A program made the translations under genes and the position numbers. Below the pieces are notes generated by a model. The model searched no databases and had not been told where the DNA came from. It was given only the letters and a program-made list of their open reading frames with translations. Positions 49,472 to 60,407 of a stretch of 64,000 bases of DNA are shown here, one piece after another (positions within the stretch are counted from its first letter, which is position 1; the number at the start of each line of letters is the position of its first letter). Location: positions 224,001-288,000 of the forward strand of contig CAVPOM010000012.1 in the NCBI GenBank assembly GCA_963707025.1, written 5' to 3'. The stretch is from an uncultured Verrucomicrobiae bacterium (GTDB taxonomy: Bacteria; Verrucomicrobiota; Verrucomicrobiia; Limisphaerales; Palsa-1400).

Positions 49472-51142
49472 TCAGATGCCGGCCTTGGCCTGCGCAAAGA
49501 GCTTGCGTTCTTCGGGCAGAAGCCGGGCCTTGGCGGCCTTATCCAGATAAATCCTGGCATTTGCGCCATCACCCGCCGCCTTGAGAATGACTCCGTAATA
49601 GCCGGCGATGGATGGGATCGCAAGTTCCTGCGGGTTGAGCTGCCGCATCACCTTGAGCGCGTCGGCGCTTTTTTTCTGCTGGTATAAAGAGAAGGCGTAG
49701 GTGGCGGCAAAGGATGAATTGGTGGGGACTTGCTGATAGACCTCCCGCGCCAGATCGTATGGTTTCAACTCCTTGGCATCCAGGAGCAAGGCAATCGTGG
49801 CCAGATTGTTCTTGGCCGCAAGATCCGATGGAGTCCGCTTCAACTCCTGGTTGAAAAGCTGCATCAGCGACCGTGTTTGGCCGCCCTCCAGCAAGGCCCG
49901 CGTCAGCGTTCGCGTGGCCCATTTCTCCTGGGGATACCGGTTGACGATGGTCCAGAGCAGATCCTCCCCTTCATTGACCCAATTCCATTGCGCCGCCAGG
50001 CGGAAGAGCATGACCAGGCTCTGCTTTTGGGCATTGCCTGATTTCAGCGCCTGCGCCCATTCTGTTTTGGCGGTGTCGGCCAATTCCTGCCCGCGCAAGG
50101 CCCGGCTCAGAAACGCGTGGCGAAGGAACTCCATTTCGGCCCAGCGTTGCTTTTCCAGCCAGGCCTGGAGTCCTATCCAATCCTTCGATGCGATGTAGCA
50201 CTCGGAAACCAGCAGTGCCGCCGGCTGGTTGGTTTGCATGTTCATGGGAAGACTGCGCAACCAGGCCAGCGCTTCTCCCGCCGGAGTTTTCGCCATCTCC
50301 CATGTAGCCAGCTCATAAATTTTGCTTTGATTCGTGGCCGCCTCGCGTTGAAAGTTGGCCAGGGTTGGTTTGAAATCCGCGTTCCGGGTTTCCAGCAGCA
50401 CCTCCAGCCGCAGGATCCGGTCCGTGAAGGCGGAATTGGTTTCCTGGATCAATTGCCGGGAGAGCGCCAGGCTGGCGTCCGCATGACCGTAACCCATGGC
50501 ATCCAGGGTCAGTTCACGCAATGCCCTGCAACGCAGGTCTGAATTGGTTGGGTTGGAGGCCAGGCGCTGGAGCACGGTTCGGGCTTCCGCCAACTCCGAC
50601 GTGTTGGTGCGGTGGAGGCGCACGACGGCCAGACTCAATTGCGGGGATGGGTTCTGAGGCTCGAGCCGGGAGACCTCCAGAAAGTGACTCTCGGCTTGCT
50701 CGGGACGGCCGGTGGCTGCGGCCACCATGCCGGCGACATTGTGGTAGGCGGCGGTTTCCTTGTCTGCGGCATCTACTCCTTCCAGAGCATTGGTGGCCGT
50801 CGCGTCATCACGCATGGTCAGGGCGGTTTCCGCCAGGGCAAGCCTGTCGTCCAGCGAATGAGGGGCCAGTTCCACGACCCGGCTGCGCCACAGCAAGGCG
50901 CCGGGCGAACGGGACGCCTCGGCCAGTTGGGCCATCGTTCTTGTGGCATCCAGATTTTTGGGGTCCGAACGAAGCACTTCCTGCACGGAGAGCACCGCAT
51001 TTCGCCGGTCCGATTTTGCGAGGAACTCGTGCCCAAGGCTCATCAGGTGCTTGTTTTTCCAGACTTTGTACCCGCGATAACCCGCATAGCCGGTCAACAA
51101 GACCGCAACACAGCACAACACGATGATAAACATTTTACGCAT
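49472..51142 (-). CDS. Membrane-anchored TPR protein of the EPS/exosortase locus
   Basis: N-terminal TM, helical TPR-like repeats, AKNNLA. Confidence 0.85.
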   Translation of the reverse strand: MRKMFIIVLCCVAVLLTGYAGYRGYKVWKNKHLMSLGHEFLAKSDRRNAVLSVQEVLRSDPKNLDATRTMAQLAEASRSPGALLWRSRVVELAPHSLDDRLALAETALTMRDDATATNALEGVDAADKETAAYHNVAGMVAAATGRPEQAESHFLEVSRLEPQNPSPQLSLAVVRLHRTNTSELAEARTVLQRLASNPTNSDLRCRALRELTLDAMGYGHADASLALSRQLIQETNSAFTDRILRLEVLLETRNADFKPTLANFQREAATNQSKIYELATWEMAKTPAGEALAWLRSLPMNMQTNQPAALLVSECYIASKDWIGLQAWLEKQRWAEMEFLRHAFLSRALRGQELADTAKTEWAQALKSGNAQKQSLVMLFRLAAQWNWVNEGEDLLWTIVNRYPQEKWATRTLTRALLEGGQTRSLMQLFNQELKRTPSDLAAKNNLATIALLLDAKELKPYDLAREVYQQVPTNSSFAATYAFSLYQQKKSADALKVMRQLNPQELAIPSIAGYYGVILKAAGDGANARIYLDKAAKARLLPEERKLFAQAKAGI

Positions 51143-51180
51143 AATTTTTTAAGTTGGGAACATCCATGAATTGCACAAAC

Positions 51181-53082
51181 TCACGCCAGCATCCGCGCCG
51201 GCAGGGGAACCACGTCCAGCGTCCGGCTCTCAAAGCGCCACTCGCTCAGGCAGAGGCCATGTTGCGAGGCCAATTCCTGTGCCGCCAGGAAGGATTCGGG
51301 CCTGAGCGCCGTGGTGATAACCAGGCCGGTGATGCGGTGGTGCGGGATGAGTTGCGGCAAGTCGCGCACCCCCCCCAGCACCATGTGCCCATAAACCCAC
51401 TTGAAATGCAAAGCCGGCTCATCGTCAATCAATCCGATGATAACCCGGCCGTCAAAACTGCTGGAGTTGTGAAAGCCGCGTTCCTTAAGAAAAAGCTGGC
51501 AGCGCCCCCCGGCTCCGTAAAGCGCCACCCGCTCCGGGCCGGCGCTGAGGTCGCTGGTTGACCTCAAGTAAAGAACGGTCTCCTCCACGCAGCGATAAAA
51601 CACCCGGGCCAGGATTATGGCGCCGTGTCCGAAGGCGAGGATCACCAGCGCGCGCAGGAACCACTTCGAGGCGCTGTAAGGATCAATCAGCAGCGCAATC
51701 CCCAGGCTGAGAAGCAAGCCGGCCTGCAGTGTCAACAGGAGCATCAACACATCCAGTATTCGCGCCCGGGTCCAGACCGTGACATAAGTGCGCGACACCG
51801 CCAGCAGGCAAAAGGTGGGAGTAACCCAAATGGGAAGATCCAGGAACCAGGAATGCCAGAATCCCTCCGGCGCGGGCTCGAACACCCGCATGGCGAGCGC
51901 CAACCCGCCCGCCAGACAAAGAGCGTCCCACAAAGGATAAGCCAGGGCCTTCGGCAGGGAATGGGTCGGGCGGCGCAAGCCGGTCAACAGGACCCGGCCC
52001 GTTTCGCGCAACTCGATCACCGCCATGTGGCGCAACAGCACGTAAACGAACGCCAGCAAGCCCAGCAGGAAGATGCCGGAGGCATGGGATTGAAAGGTCG
52101 TTATCAGCAGGCCAAAAACGACCAGCACCGCGTTGGTGATGCAGAGAATCACCGCCACCCGCCGCGTGCTTAAGCCCGCCTTGACCAGCCGGTGGTGCAA
52201 ATGTTCCACGTCCGCCGTCATGATGCCGCCGGGCTTGTGCGAGCCAGCCGGTTCTCCTCCACTGACCCAGCGCCGCACGGACCTTCGCCAGATGGCCAGC
52301 AGCGCGTCGTAAATGGGCACTCCCAGGATGAGCAAGGGGATGGTCATCGAAAGGAAAAAAGTGTTCTTCGTGAACGTCTGGAGGGATACGACCCCCAATA
52401 TAAACCCGATGGACATGCTGCCGGTGTCGCCCAGAAAAATGGTTGCCGGATGGAAATTGTAACGGAGGAACGCCAGACAGGCGCCCATCAGAGCGATGAG
52501 CGGCAAAAAGACGCCGGGCAGATTCCCAAGAAGGAGAATCCCGCACAAGCCGGTGGCGGAAATGATGGCCAGCCCCGAGGCCAGCCCGTCCAGACCGTCA
52601 ATCAAATTATAGGCGTTAATCACGGCTACAATCCAAACCACCACCAGAAGACCATCCAAAAACGGCGGCAGTTGATAGCCCAAAAAACTGCCGAAATGCG
52701 TCCCCGAAAGAGCGATCCAAAGCGCGGCGGCGACCTGTCCCGCCAGCTTTTTCCAGGCGTCCAATCCAAGAATATCATCCGCCAGCCCGACCGCCAGCAA
52801 GATCAGCGAAGAGGGAAGGAACCTCAGCCACCAGTGGAGATCGAAACCGCCGGGCCGCGCATCTCCGGGGAACGCCAATCCCATCAGGCAGGCGGCATAA
52901 ATTCCCAGCACGACCGCCAGACCGCCGCCCCGGGGGGTGGGACGCTGGTGCGGCCGCCGTTGATTGGGCAGATCCACAACTCCGAACCGCACGGCCAGGG
53001 AACGGACCACCGGGGTAAGGAGATAAGTCACCACGAAGCCCGCCAGAAAAACCGCGATGTATTTGTCAAAACTGTCGAACAT
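51181..53082 (-). CDS. WecA/MraY-family polyprenyl-phosphate sugar-1-P transferase fused to a CapD-N-like module
   Basis: PRGGGLAV, GLADD, NAYNLIDGLDGLA, FLGDTGS, HLHHRL; C-terminal YGAG and GLIDD. Confidence 0.88.
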   Translation of the reverse strand: MFDSFDKYIAVFLAGFVVTYLLTPVVRSLAVRFGVVDLPNQRRPHQRPTPRGGGLAVVLGIYAACLMGLAFPGDARPGGFDLHWWLRFLPSSLILLAVGLADDILGLDAWKKLAGQVAAALWIALSGTHFGSFLGYQLPPFLDGLLVVVWIVAVINAYNLIDGLDGLASGLAIISATGLCGILLLGNLPGVFLPLIALMGACLAFLRYNFHPATIFLGDTGSMSIGFILGVVSLQTFTKNTFFLSMTIPLLILGVPIYDALLAIWRRSVRRWVSGGEPAGSHKPGGIMTADVEHLHHRLVKAGLSTRRVAVILCITNAVLVVFGLLITTFQSHASGIFLLGLLAFVYVLLRHMAVIELRETGRVLLTGLRRPTHSLPKALAYPLWDALCLAGGLALAMRVFEPAPEGFWHSWFLDLPIWVTPTFCLLAVSRTYVTVWTRARILDVLMLLLTLQAGLLLSLGIALLIDPYSASKWFLRALVILAFGHGAIILARVFYRCVEETVLYLRSTSDLSAGPERVALYGAGGRCQLFLKERGFHNSSSFDGRVIIGLIDDEPALHFKWVYGHMVLGGVRDLPQLIPHHRITGLVITTALRPESFLAAQELASQHGLCLSEWRFESRTLDVVPLPARMLA

Positions 53083-53152
53083 GGCAAAGAGGGCGGAGGA
53101 TGGAGGCCGGAGATAATCTGCGGGCAAATGTGGTCAAGGAAGAGGTTGCAAA

Positions 53153-54452
53153 TCAAAAGCTGAAATTCTGAAATTGAGAAATCTGAAACTCCTTTTTCCT
53201 TTCACCATTTCTGCTCTCTGTTTTTGGCATTTCCCCATCCATGCCGCCTTCCAATAATTGGGCGATGCGCGCGCAGTTTTCCGCCATTTGGAAATGCTTT
53301 CTGGCGAAGGCCAGGGCCGCCTGGCCGCGCCGCAGACGTTCGTGGCAGTTGAGGGCCTGCTCAATGGCTTTCAACAGGCCATCCAAATCGTCCTGATCAA
53401 CGATCCATCCTCCGCCGGACTCCTCAATCCAGGCGGCGGCTTCACACTGGCGTCCCCCAACGAAGAGCACCGGGCGTGCCGCCGCAAAGCTGGCTTGGAT
53501 TTTGCTCGGGACAATCAATCCCTGCCAGGCCGAATCCAGGCTGGCGAGGTGAATATCCGCGGCACAAAGATGAGCCCGCAACCGCTGCTGCGGCACGTAG
53601 TCAAGAAACTCGATGCGGGCTGCCGGATGGGACCTGGCGAAGGTTTCTATCTCCCGCCGGCGCTTGCCCCCTCCACTGAACACCCAGCGCGGTCCTGCAG
53701 ACCCAAGCTGTCTGGATGCTTCCAGGAATTCCGCAAAGCGGTGCCCCAGCCCCATGTTGCCGGAATAAAGGAAAACAACTTCCCCGGCATCCCAACCTCG
53801 TTCCGCCCGCAAAGGATTGATTTCATGCGCCGGCCAGGGGGCCAGCTCAGGATCGCTCCATAGCGGAATCCCGGTAACGGTAAAATCCAGCCCCGCGTTT
53901 CCCCCATAAAAACCCACTCTCTCCGCCATTTTTCGGCCCAGGGCAATTACGGCGTCCGCTCCGCGCCATTGAAAGCGGGCCAATTTCTGAAGAAAACGAA
54001 AAATCAATCCATCATCCCGTGCCATTTTGTGTGCGAACATCACATCCGGGTAAAGGTCCATGATCCAATGGGCATGCCCGGCACCCGCGCTTGCCGGCTG
54101 CCGTTTTTCCCAGCAGGCCGACATAGGGCGGAGTCGTCAGCGACAGGATCAAGTCCGGCTTGCTTCTGTCCAACAACAGGGCGCCTGCCAAAGAAACGTA
54201 AAAAGAGCCATAGTCCGCCATTTTACCAACGAACCCGCGCCGGCCGAAACCAGTCGCCGGCAGCCTGGACACCTCGACCCCATCCACGTTTTCCCGGCGC
54301 GGAAAACAATCTCCGCCATCATAAGAGCGCTGCGAACACAGCGCTTTGACCTGATGCCCGCGCCGCACCAGTTCCCGCGCCAACCCATGCAAATACCAGC
54401 CCGTCGGGGCGGCATCTGGCGGATAAAACTGGTTAAGAAGCAGAAAGCGCAT
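53153..54452 (-). CDS. GT4 glycosyltransferase (WcaI/WbuB-like); frameshift near 54078
   Basis: NQFYPPD, TTPP, WIMDLYPD, YSGNMGLGH, VPSK. Confidence 0.88.
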
Positions 54453-54544
54453 TGCCGGGATCGTGGAGGTTGCCAGGCAACCCGTCAGAACAGGGTTCTC
54501 AGTCCTGACTGAAGAAACCCGATTATAGAAATCATTCTCCAATT

Positions 54545-56260
54545 CTACGGCGTTGACTTGGCGAAGGTGACGCCCGCTTCGTTGACTTTGACAAGCTTGT
54601 CCAATTCGCCGATCACGGCGCTTTCGGCCTGGCCTATGTCGTTGTACCCGCGAACGACGATTTCCAGCGAGCGCTCGCCGCTATTGCGCCGCCCTGCCAG
54701 GACGGGACCCAGACGATTGCCGTAGGTGAGCAGTTGGGTATTGAAGAACTGCGCTTGGGCGCGATCTTCCCAAAGGCAATAGAAGACGTAAAATGGCTCC
54801 GCGCCGTCATCATGCACAATATACTTGCGGAAAGGCAGTTTTAGGCCGCGAATTGGATAATAAGTCAGATCCGGCAGTGTTTCGACCGTATGACCGGCGG
54901 CTGCCATACAGACTTCGGGAGTGTGCAATTCTGCCAGGGCAACAGCGATCCGGCCCGGAAGCCACCGCAAATAGATCATTTGCCACTGGCTGCCGTCTCC
55001 CTCCCGCCAGGATGCGCTGACTTCTTCATCGTAGCGGAGCAACCAATGTGCTCTTTCTGCCACGGGCATTTCGGAAAAGGTTGGATTGCGGCGGGGCCAG
55101 TCCACGCTCCAGGAGGTGCTGGGCGGCAGGCGCCATTCGTGTGACTTATACCAAAGCTCGACCCCCGCTTCCACGGCGACGAGCCACAAGAGCAGGCCAA
55201 AGGCCAAGCGCTTGAGCGCAGGGGACGGAGGGCCGGTATTTCTGGAAGGACTGACCGTTGAAGTCGGAGCGTTCTTCGCGCGTCCTTTGAACAACAGTGC
55301 CAGCAGCCATATCGAAAAAACGCAGGCCACCATGATCATGAGGCCGGCGGGGTCGTGGTACTTCGAAATGGCGGCAACCCCTTCGCGCGCGGTCACGCAC
55401 GTCAAAAAAGAGATTCGAATCACGTTAAACAGAAGCGCCAAAAGAAAACCCGCCGGCACCAAGACGATCCTGCGCCAAAGGGTCAGACCATAGAATTCCC
55501 CAAGGAAAAGGGAGATCATCAGAGCGGATTGAAACGACCGAATGCCACTGCAAGCCTCATCAATCCCCACCGTCCCTTTGGCCACCTCAATGACATTGCC
55601 ATGCTGGATGGCGGGGATGCCCAGCCAACCCGCCACCTCGACGCTGCACGAGGCGCATCCGCTGGTCAACATTTGTATCAGGGGGCCCTCGACGATGCTC
55701 GGCCAGGGAACCGCCACCAGAAAAAAACAAAGCGGGAAGGCGAATAGAGCAGCCGCACGGCGGCTTACCTGCAGCCACAGGGCCGCGAGCGTCAGGCCGA
55801 TGACCTCCAGCGCCAGCAGCCAACTGATCATCCTCCACTCCGGATTTGCTTCTTGCACCAGGCGGGTGGGCAGCCAAAGGAACGCGAGCAACGCAAATAG
55901 AAACTCCATCCTTCCCCTGGACCCTCTCACCGAGGCTGGCGGCCTGCCAGCCAGGGGCAGGCTTGGGCTGAATTCCGGATCAGCGGCAGCGCCCTTCGCT
56001 TTCTGCCATCTCAACGAGAGCAGCCCCAAGCACAGGAACGGGACCACCCAGCCGTGCGCGTACTGGGGGTTGACCTGCCACTCCACTCTCAATTGGTTGA
56101 TAAGGACCCCCCAGAGGAACAAGAACGGCAGAATTACTAAAAACCATTGTGCCAGCCGTGGCCGCTGGCCGACCGCCGGCTCCTGTCGGACTCCCTCCGC
56201 CTGATCGCGATCAGAGCAGAGGGGGTAGCCGCTCTGCTTTCGGCTGGATTCAGTTTCCAT
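54545..56260 (-). CDS. Exosortase with C-terminal EpsI-like domain
   Basis: YAHGWVVP, EACSGIRS (Cys), NVIRI (Arg), YHD (His), HTPEVC. Confidence 0.92.
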   Translation of the reverse strand: METESSRKQSGYPLCSDRDQAEGVRQEPAVGQRPRLAQWFLVILPFLFLWGVLINQLRVEWQVNPQYAHGWVVPFLCLGLLSLRWQKAKGAAADPEFSPSLPLAGRPPASVRGSRGRMEFLFALLAFLWLPTRLVQEANPEWRMISWLLALEVIGLTLAALWLQVSRRAAALFAFPLCFFLVAVPWPSIVEGPLIQMLTSGCASCSVEVAGWLGIPAIQHGNVIEVAKGTVGIDEACSGIRSFQSALMISLFLGEFYGLTLWRRIVLVPAGFLLALLFNVIRISFLTCVTAREGVAAISKYHDPAGLMIMVACVFSIWLLALLFKGRAKNAPTSTVSPSRNTGPPSPALKRLAFGLLLWLVAVEAGVELWYKSHEWRLPPSTSWSVDWPRRNPTFSEMPVAERAHWLLRYDEEVSASWREGDGSQWQMIYLRWLPGRIAVALAELHTPEVCMAAAGHTVETLPDLTYYPIRGLKLPFRKYIVHDDGAEPFYVFYCLWEDRAQAQFFNTQLLTYGNRLGPVLAGRRNSGERSLEIVVRGYNDIGQAESAVIGELDKLVKVNEAGVTFAKSTP

Positions 56261-56352
56261 AGTTTGAATGCGGCTGGTTCTTGCCCGTGGCAGGCCTGAC
56301 CGGCAGCGTGCCATCCGGGAGGATTCCGTAACGAATTGGCGCGGCCTCCCGC

Positions 56353-57201
56353 TCAGACGCCGCGCGACTTGGCACGTTGGCGCAGTTCGCGGGCCTTGAA
56401 CACACTCAACGCCTCATACATGGCCAGCAATCTGCAAAAGACGTAGCCCTCATAGCCGTCGAAAAAGCCGCATTTGAGGACATAACTGTAAAAGAAGCGC
56501 AGGGCGGGCCGGAACGGAAGATGCCGGGACACTGTCCGCAATTTGCGTCGGGCGGAAAGATCTGCGCCGATGCCCTTTCCGGTCAGCCCCGTTTGACCGC
56601 CGTGAACCTCAACTTCCGCCTCCCAATTCGAGTAGCGATTGTGCTTCTCCATCCATGTGTGGATATTCGGATAAGCGAAATGCAACATATCGGCTTCGAG
56701 ATAAGCCGCGGCTCCATCCAGCACGACGTGTTCATGCACCTCATTGTCACCGGAGGCGGTGTCCCCGCAATGAAGCCTCTCATATCGTCCCTTGGAATGG
56801 CGAAAGAGCCTCATATTCCAACTCGGATAATAGCCACAATGCCGGATCCATTTGCCGAGGAAAATAAAACGGCGATTGATGAAATAACCGTCGGCGCGCG
56901 GATTTTTCATCTCCGCCTGGATCTCCGCGGCCAGATCAGTCGTGATGCGCTCGTCGGCGTCGAGAATCAAAGTCCATTCGTTTTTCCAGGAAACATTTTC
57001 AAGAGCCCAATTCTTCTTCTTCGGAAATTTTCCGTTCCAAAGAAAATCAACGACACTCGCGCCCTTGCTTTTGGCCAGCTCCGCCGTGCCATCGTTCGAA
57101 CCGGAGTCCACGACCACGATTTCGTCCGCCCAACGAACAGAATCCAGGCAGGCGGGGAGGTTGGCGGCTTCGTTGTGAACCGGGATAAGGACAGAAATCA
57201 T
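56353..57201 (-). CDS. GT2 glycosyltransferase
   Basis: ISVLIPVHNE, VDSGSNDGT, LDADE, EVHEH. Confidence 0.93.
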   Translation of the reverse strand: MISVLIPVHNEAANLPACLDSVRWADEIVVVDSGSNDGTAELAKSKGASVVDFLWNGKFPKKKNWALENVSWKNEWTLILDADERITTDLAAEIQAEMKNPRADGYFINRRFIFLGKWIRHCGYYPSWNMRLFRHSKGRYERLHCGDTASGDNEVHEHVVLDGAAAYLEADMLHFAYPNIHTWMEKHNRYSNWEAEVEVHGGQTGLTGKGIGADLSARRKLRTVSRHLPFRPALRFFYSYVLKCGFFDGYEGYVFCRLLAMYEALSVFKARELRQRAKSRGV

Positions 57202-57226
57202 TCGCAGGAAAAGCTGAAAGAGCGGT

Positions 57227-57779
57227 TTATCCAAGCTCGCGCTTTTTGATGAATCGCGCGGGGTTGCCTGCCACCACCGTCCAGGCCTCAACATCCTTCG
57301 TGACCACAGCCCGCGCGCCCACCACCGCGCCCTCACCGACCGTCCGGCCCGGCCCGATAAACACATCCGCACAAATCCAGAACCTGGTCTTCGATGACAA
57401 TCGGCGGTCTCAGCAACGGCAGGTCGGCCTTTCGGTAGTCATGTGTGCCGGCGCAGAGGTGCGCCCGGTGTGAGACCGTGGACTGGCTCCCAATGATCAC
57501 CGGCCCGAGATTGTAGATCAACGCGCCTTCCCCGATCGAACTCCAGTCGCCGATATGGAAATTCCACGGAAAGCAAATCACGGCCGTGTTGTAAATGTTG
57601 ACGTGATTTCCGACCTTTGCTCCAAAGCACTTAAGGACCAGACACCGCCAGCCGAAAAAGGGCCGCGGACTGAACCGAAAAAGCACCTTCCCAAAAATCC
57701 AGAGGAGCCGCAGAAACATTTCACCAGGCGAGTACTTCGCGCAAGCCCGGTTGGCCTTGATGTCCAGGATTTCATTCAT
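57227..57779 (-). CDS. WcaF-like hexapeptide acetyltransferase; frameshift near 57381
   Basis: [19 protein letters not shown]; corrected frame VWICAD...[10 protein letters not shown]. Confidence 0.88.
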
Positions 57780-57867
57780 GTCTTGCCAGGTTGTCGCAAG
57801 GAAGCGGCCGCGCGCAATTCAACACCCGGTCCTGCGCCATGATTTGGAAGCATTGGTAGCGGCAGGC

Positions 57868-59140
57868 TCAAAAGTCGGCCATGCAGGCGGGTTGGGGACC
57901 TTCCCCGAGCATCCACTCGCAAACTTCTTTCGTCTGGGCGGCGATTTTTGGCCACGCGAACCGATCCGCCGCCAAGGCACGGCCACGGCTTCCCATCGTG
58001 ACCCTCTCCAATTCGGTCATGCGCAGGAACTCGCTCAAACCATCGGCCAGACTCTCCGGGTTGGGATCGATCCTCAGGGCTGCGCCAGCGGCGAATCCTT
58101 CGGGCAAGTTGCACTGCGGCGTCATCACCACAGGCTTGGAATGCGCCCACGCCTCCAGCGCCACCATCGGCACCCCTTCGCTCAAGGAGGGCAGAATAAA
58201 CGCAGCGCAATGGCAATAACAGGCCGCCTTCGCCTCCTTGAATTGGGGCCCGAGGAAGAGAAGGGAAAACGCTGCAAGCTGAGATTCTGAAACGCTGAGG
58301 TTGGATGTCTGGTTTCTGCTTCCTGCTTTCTGACTTCGAACATCGGTCCAGGCCAGACCAAGTGCAGTCGCCAGTTGTTTGAGTTCAGACTCATGTCCGC
58401 CCTGATCCCATCCCGCAATGGCCAGAACCCATTCCGCCCTCTGCCATCCGTCCGCCGACGTTCTGGATTCGCGCCCAGGCCTTGAGCAGATTGACGAGGC
58501 CCTTCTTGGGATGAATCCGGCTCAGGAACAGAAGCACCTTGCGCCCGGGTTCCACGATGCTGTGCCACGGCGGATTTCCATTTTCTGAATTCAGATTTTC
58601 GCTTTCCGGGAGATCAACTCCGTTGGGAATGATGCACATGGGGTTTTTCAGACCAAAGGCGCGCATCGCGGTGGCCTCGGATTGACACAACGCACGGAGG
58701 CAGGCGGCCTTTTCCAAATGTTTGCGTTCGTACAAAAGCAAGGCCAGTTTCTTTTTCCACGCCGAATTTTTGACTGCCCACGGGTCGAGCATTCCATGCG
58801 GCGAAATGATTTCCGGCTTTTTGTATTGCACGCACCATTCGCGGGCGTTGCGGGAAGGCCAACTCCAAAGGCCGGCCCGGTAAATCAAATCCGCGGGCGC
58901 CTCCAGTAGCCGGGAACGGCATTGAGTGGAACGCCCAAGTGTCTCCGGCCACTCCACGGGGAAGCTCTCAGGCACAATGGGAAGCCAGTCATGGGCATCC
59001 CTCAGCGAAAATTCATCCGCCAGTGAAAAGGCCGAAACAGCCACGCCTTTGACTTTCAAGGATTGCCACAAACGCCGCTCAGCATCAAAAAGTCCGCCCG
59101 CCACTCGCGAAATGGAATCAATGACGACGTTCACTTTCAC
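57868..59140 (-). CDS. GT4 glycosyltransferase; frameshift near 58438
   Basis: SPHGMLDPW, IPNGV, LSRIHPKKG, FILPSLSEGVPMVALEAW. Confidence 0.88.
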
Positions 59141-60381
59141 CGCAAACTCAATCCTCGCAAGATAAGACGATCCACCAGGCCCGCTCCTTTGGGCCCAATC
59201 TCCTGCGCCTTGTCCACAGCGGCCTTCAATCCGGAGGCAAACCGTTCCGGCCCCCAGTTGGCGATGATGTCGCGACTGCGGCCGCCAAATGTGGAAAGCA
59301 GATGGTTGAGCGATGAAATTTTCAACATCAACTCCGCCAGTTTTCCGATATTGCAGGGATCGAAAGTAAAACCGTTCACCCCGTCCTGCACCAAATCTGT
59401 TGCACAGCCGCACCGGTTTGACACCAGCACCGGCAACCCGCTCGCCATGGCCTCATTGACCACCAATCCCCATTGCTCCGTCGTGCTGGCGTGGACGAAG
59501 GTGGAGGCCAGCCCGTAATACATCGGCATCTCGGCGTAGGATTTTGCCCCGGCCAGATGAACGGAAGCCCCAACGCCGCAGCGGGCAATGGCGCCTTCGA
59601 TTGCCGGCCGCTCTTCGCCATCGCCGGCGACTACCAAATCCCAAGGGGTTTTGGTCCGAGCTCGGAGGTCAGAGGTTGAAACGCTCTCGGCCTGGTGATT
59701 GGCGCATAGCTCGCGGTAGCGTGCATACGCTTCGATCAACCGCGGCACATTCTTCTTCTGCCCAAACCGGCAGCACGCCAGAAAATAATTTATCGGCAGT
59801 CCGTGTTTGCTTCTGACCTCCGGCTTCTGACTTCTGACTTCCACCCCTTCCTTCGCAAAGTAGCCGTTGTCCACCACATCATAGCCCACAAAGATGCGGT
59901 CGCGCGGAAGTCCAAGCTTGGCCAGGTAATCGGCCTCCGGCGTGCCGCCGGCCAGGCCGGCGGAGCACAGGGCAACAATCCGGCGTTTGATCCATTCTTT
60001 GTGGGCCGGGCGTGGTGCGTCAAATTCATTGCTTTCAGAAAACATCACCGCCGGGACCCGGTTCCGCGCCGCCCAAGCCAGCGCGGACAGGCTCACCGGC
60101 AGCGCCCAACCGCTCACACACACCATGTCGGGGCGGAGCGCATCCAATTTTGACGCTACCGCCCGGCGAACGGCCGGGGCGGAAATTGTTTCGCCGCCGT
60201 CGTTCGGAAACAGAGTGTGCCGCCGGTAACTCGCCGCCGCCGAATACTCCAGCACCCTGAAGGCGTCCCGCCTCGTCAACTCCAGCAAATGACACTCCGC
60301 CCCGGACAACCGGGTGAACGCTTCCCACCGGGCATGATGGTAGGGAACAAGGTTGACGATGATTCCGCAGACGCGAGTCAT
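59137..60381 (-). CDS. GT4 glycosyltransferase
   Basis: PYHHAR, VVDN, KKN, EQWGLVVNEAMASG. Confidence 0.92.
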   Translation of the reverse strand: MTRVCGIIVNLVPYHHARWEAFTRLSGAECHLLELTRRDAFRVLEYSAAASYRRHTLFPNDGGETISAPAVRRAVASKLDALRPDMVCVSGWALPVSLSALAWAARNRVPAVMFSESNEFDAPRPAHKEWIKRRIVALCSAGLAGGTPEADYLAKLGLPRDRIFVGYDVVDNGYFAKEGVEVRSQKPEVRSKHGLPINYFLACCRFGQKKNVPRLIEAYARYRELCANHQAESVSTSDLRARTKTPWDLVVAGDGEERPAIEGAIARCGVGASVHLAGAKSYAEMPMYYGLASTFVHASTTEQWGLVVNEAMASGLPVLVSNRCGCATDLVQDGVNGFTFDPCNIGKLAELMLKISSLNHLLSTFGGRSRDIIANWGPERFASGLKAAVDKAQEIGPKGAGLVDRLILRGLSLR

Positions 60382-60407
60382 TTTCGGAAAGTAATTACCA
60401 CAGCCAA

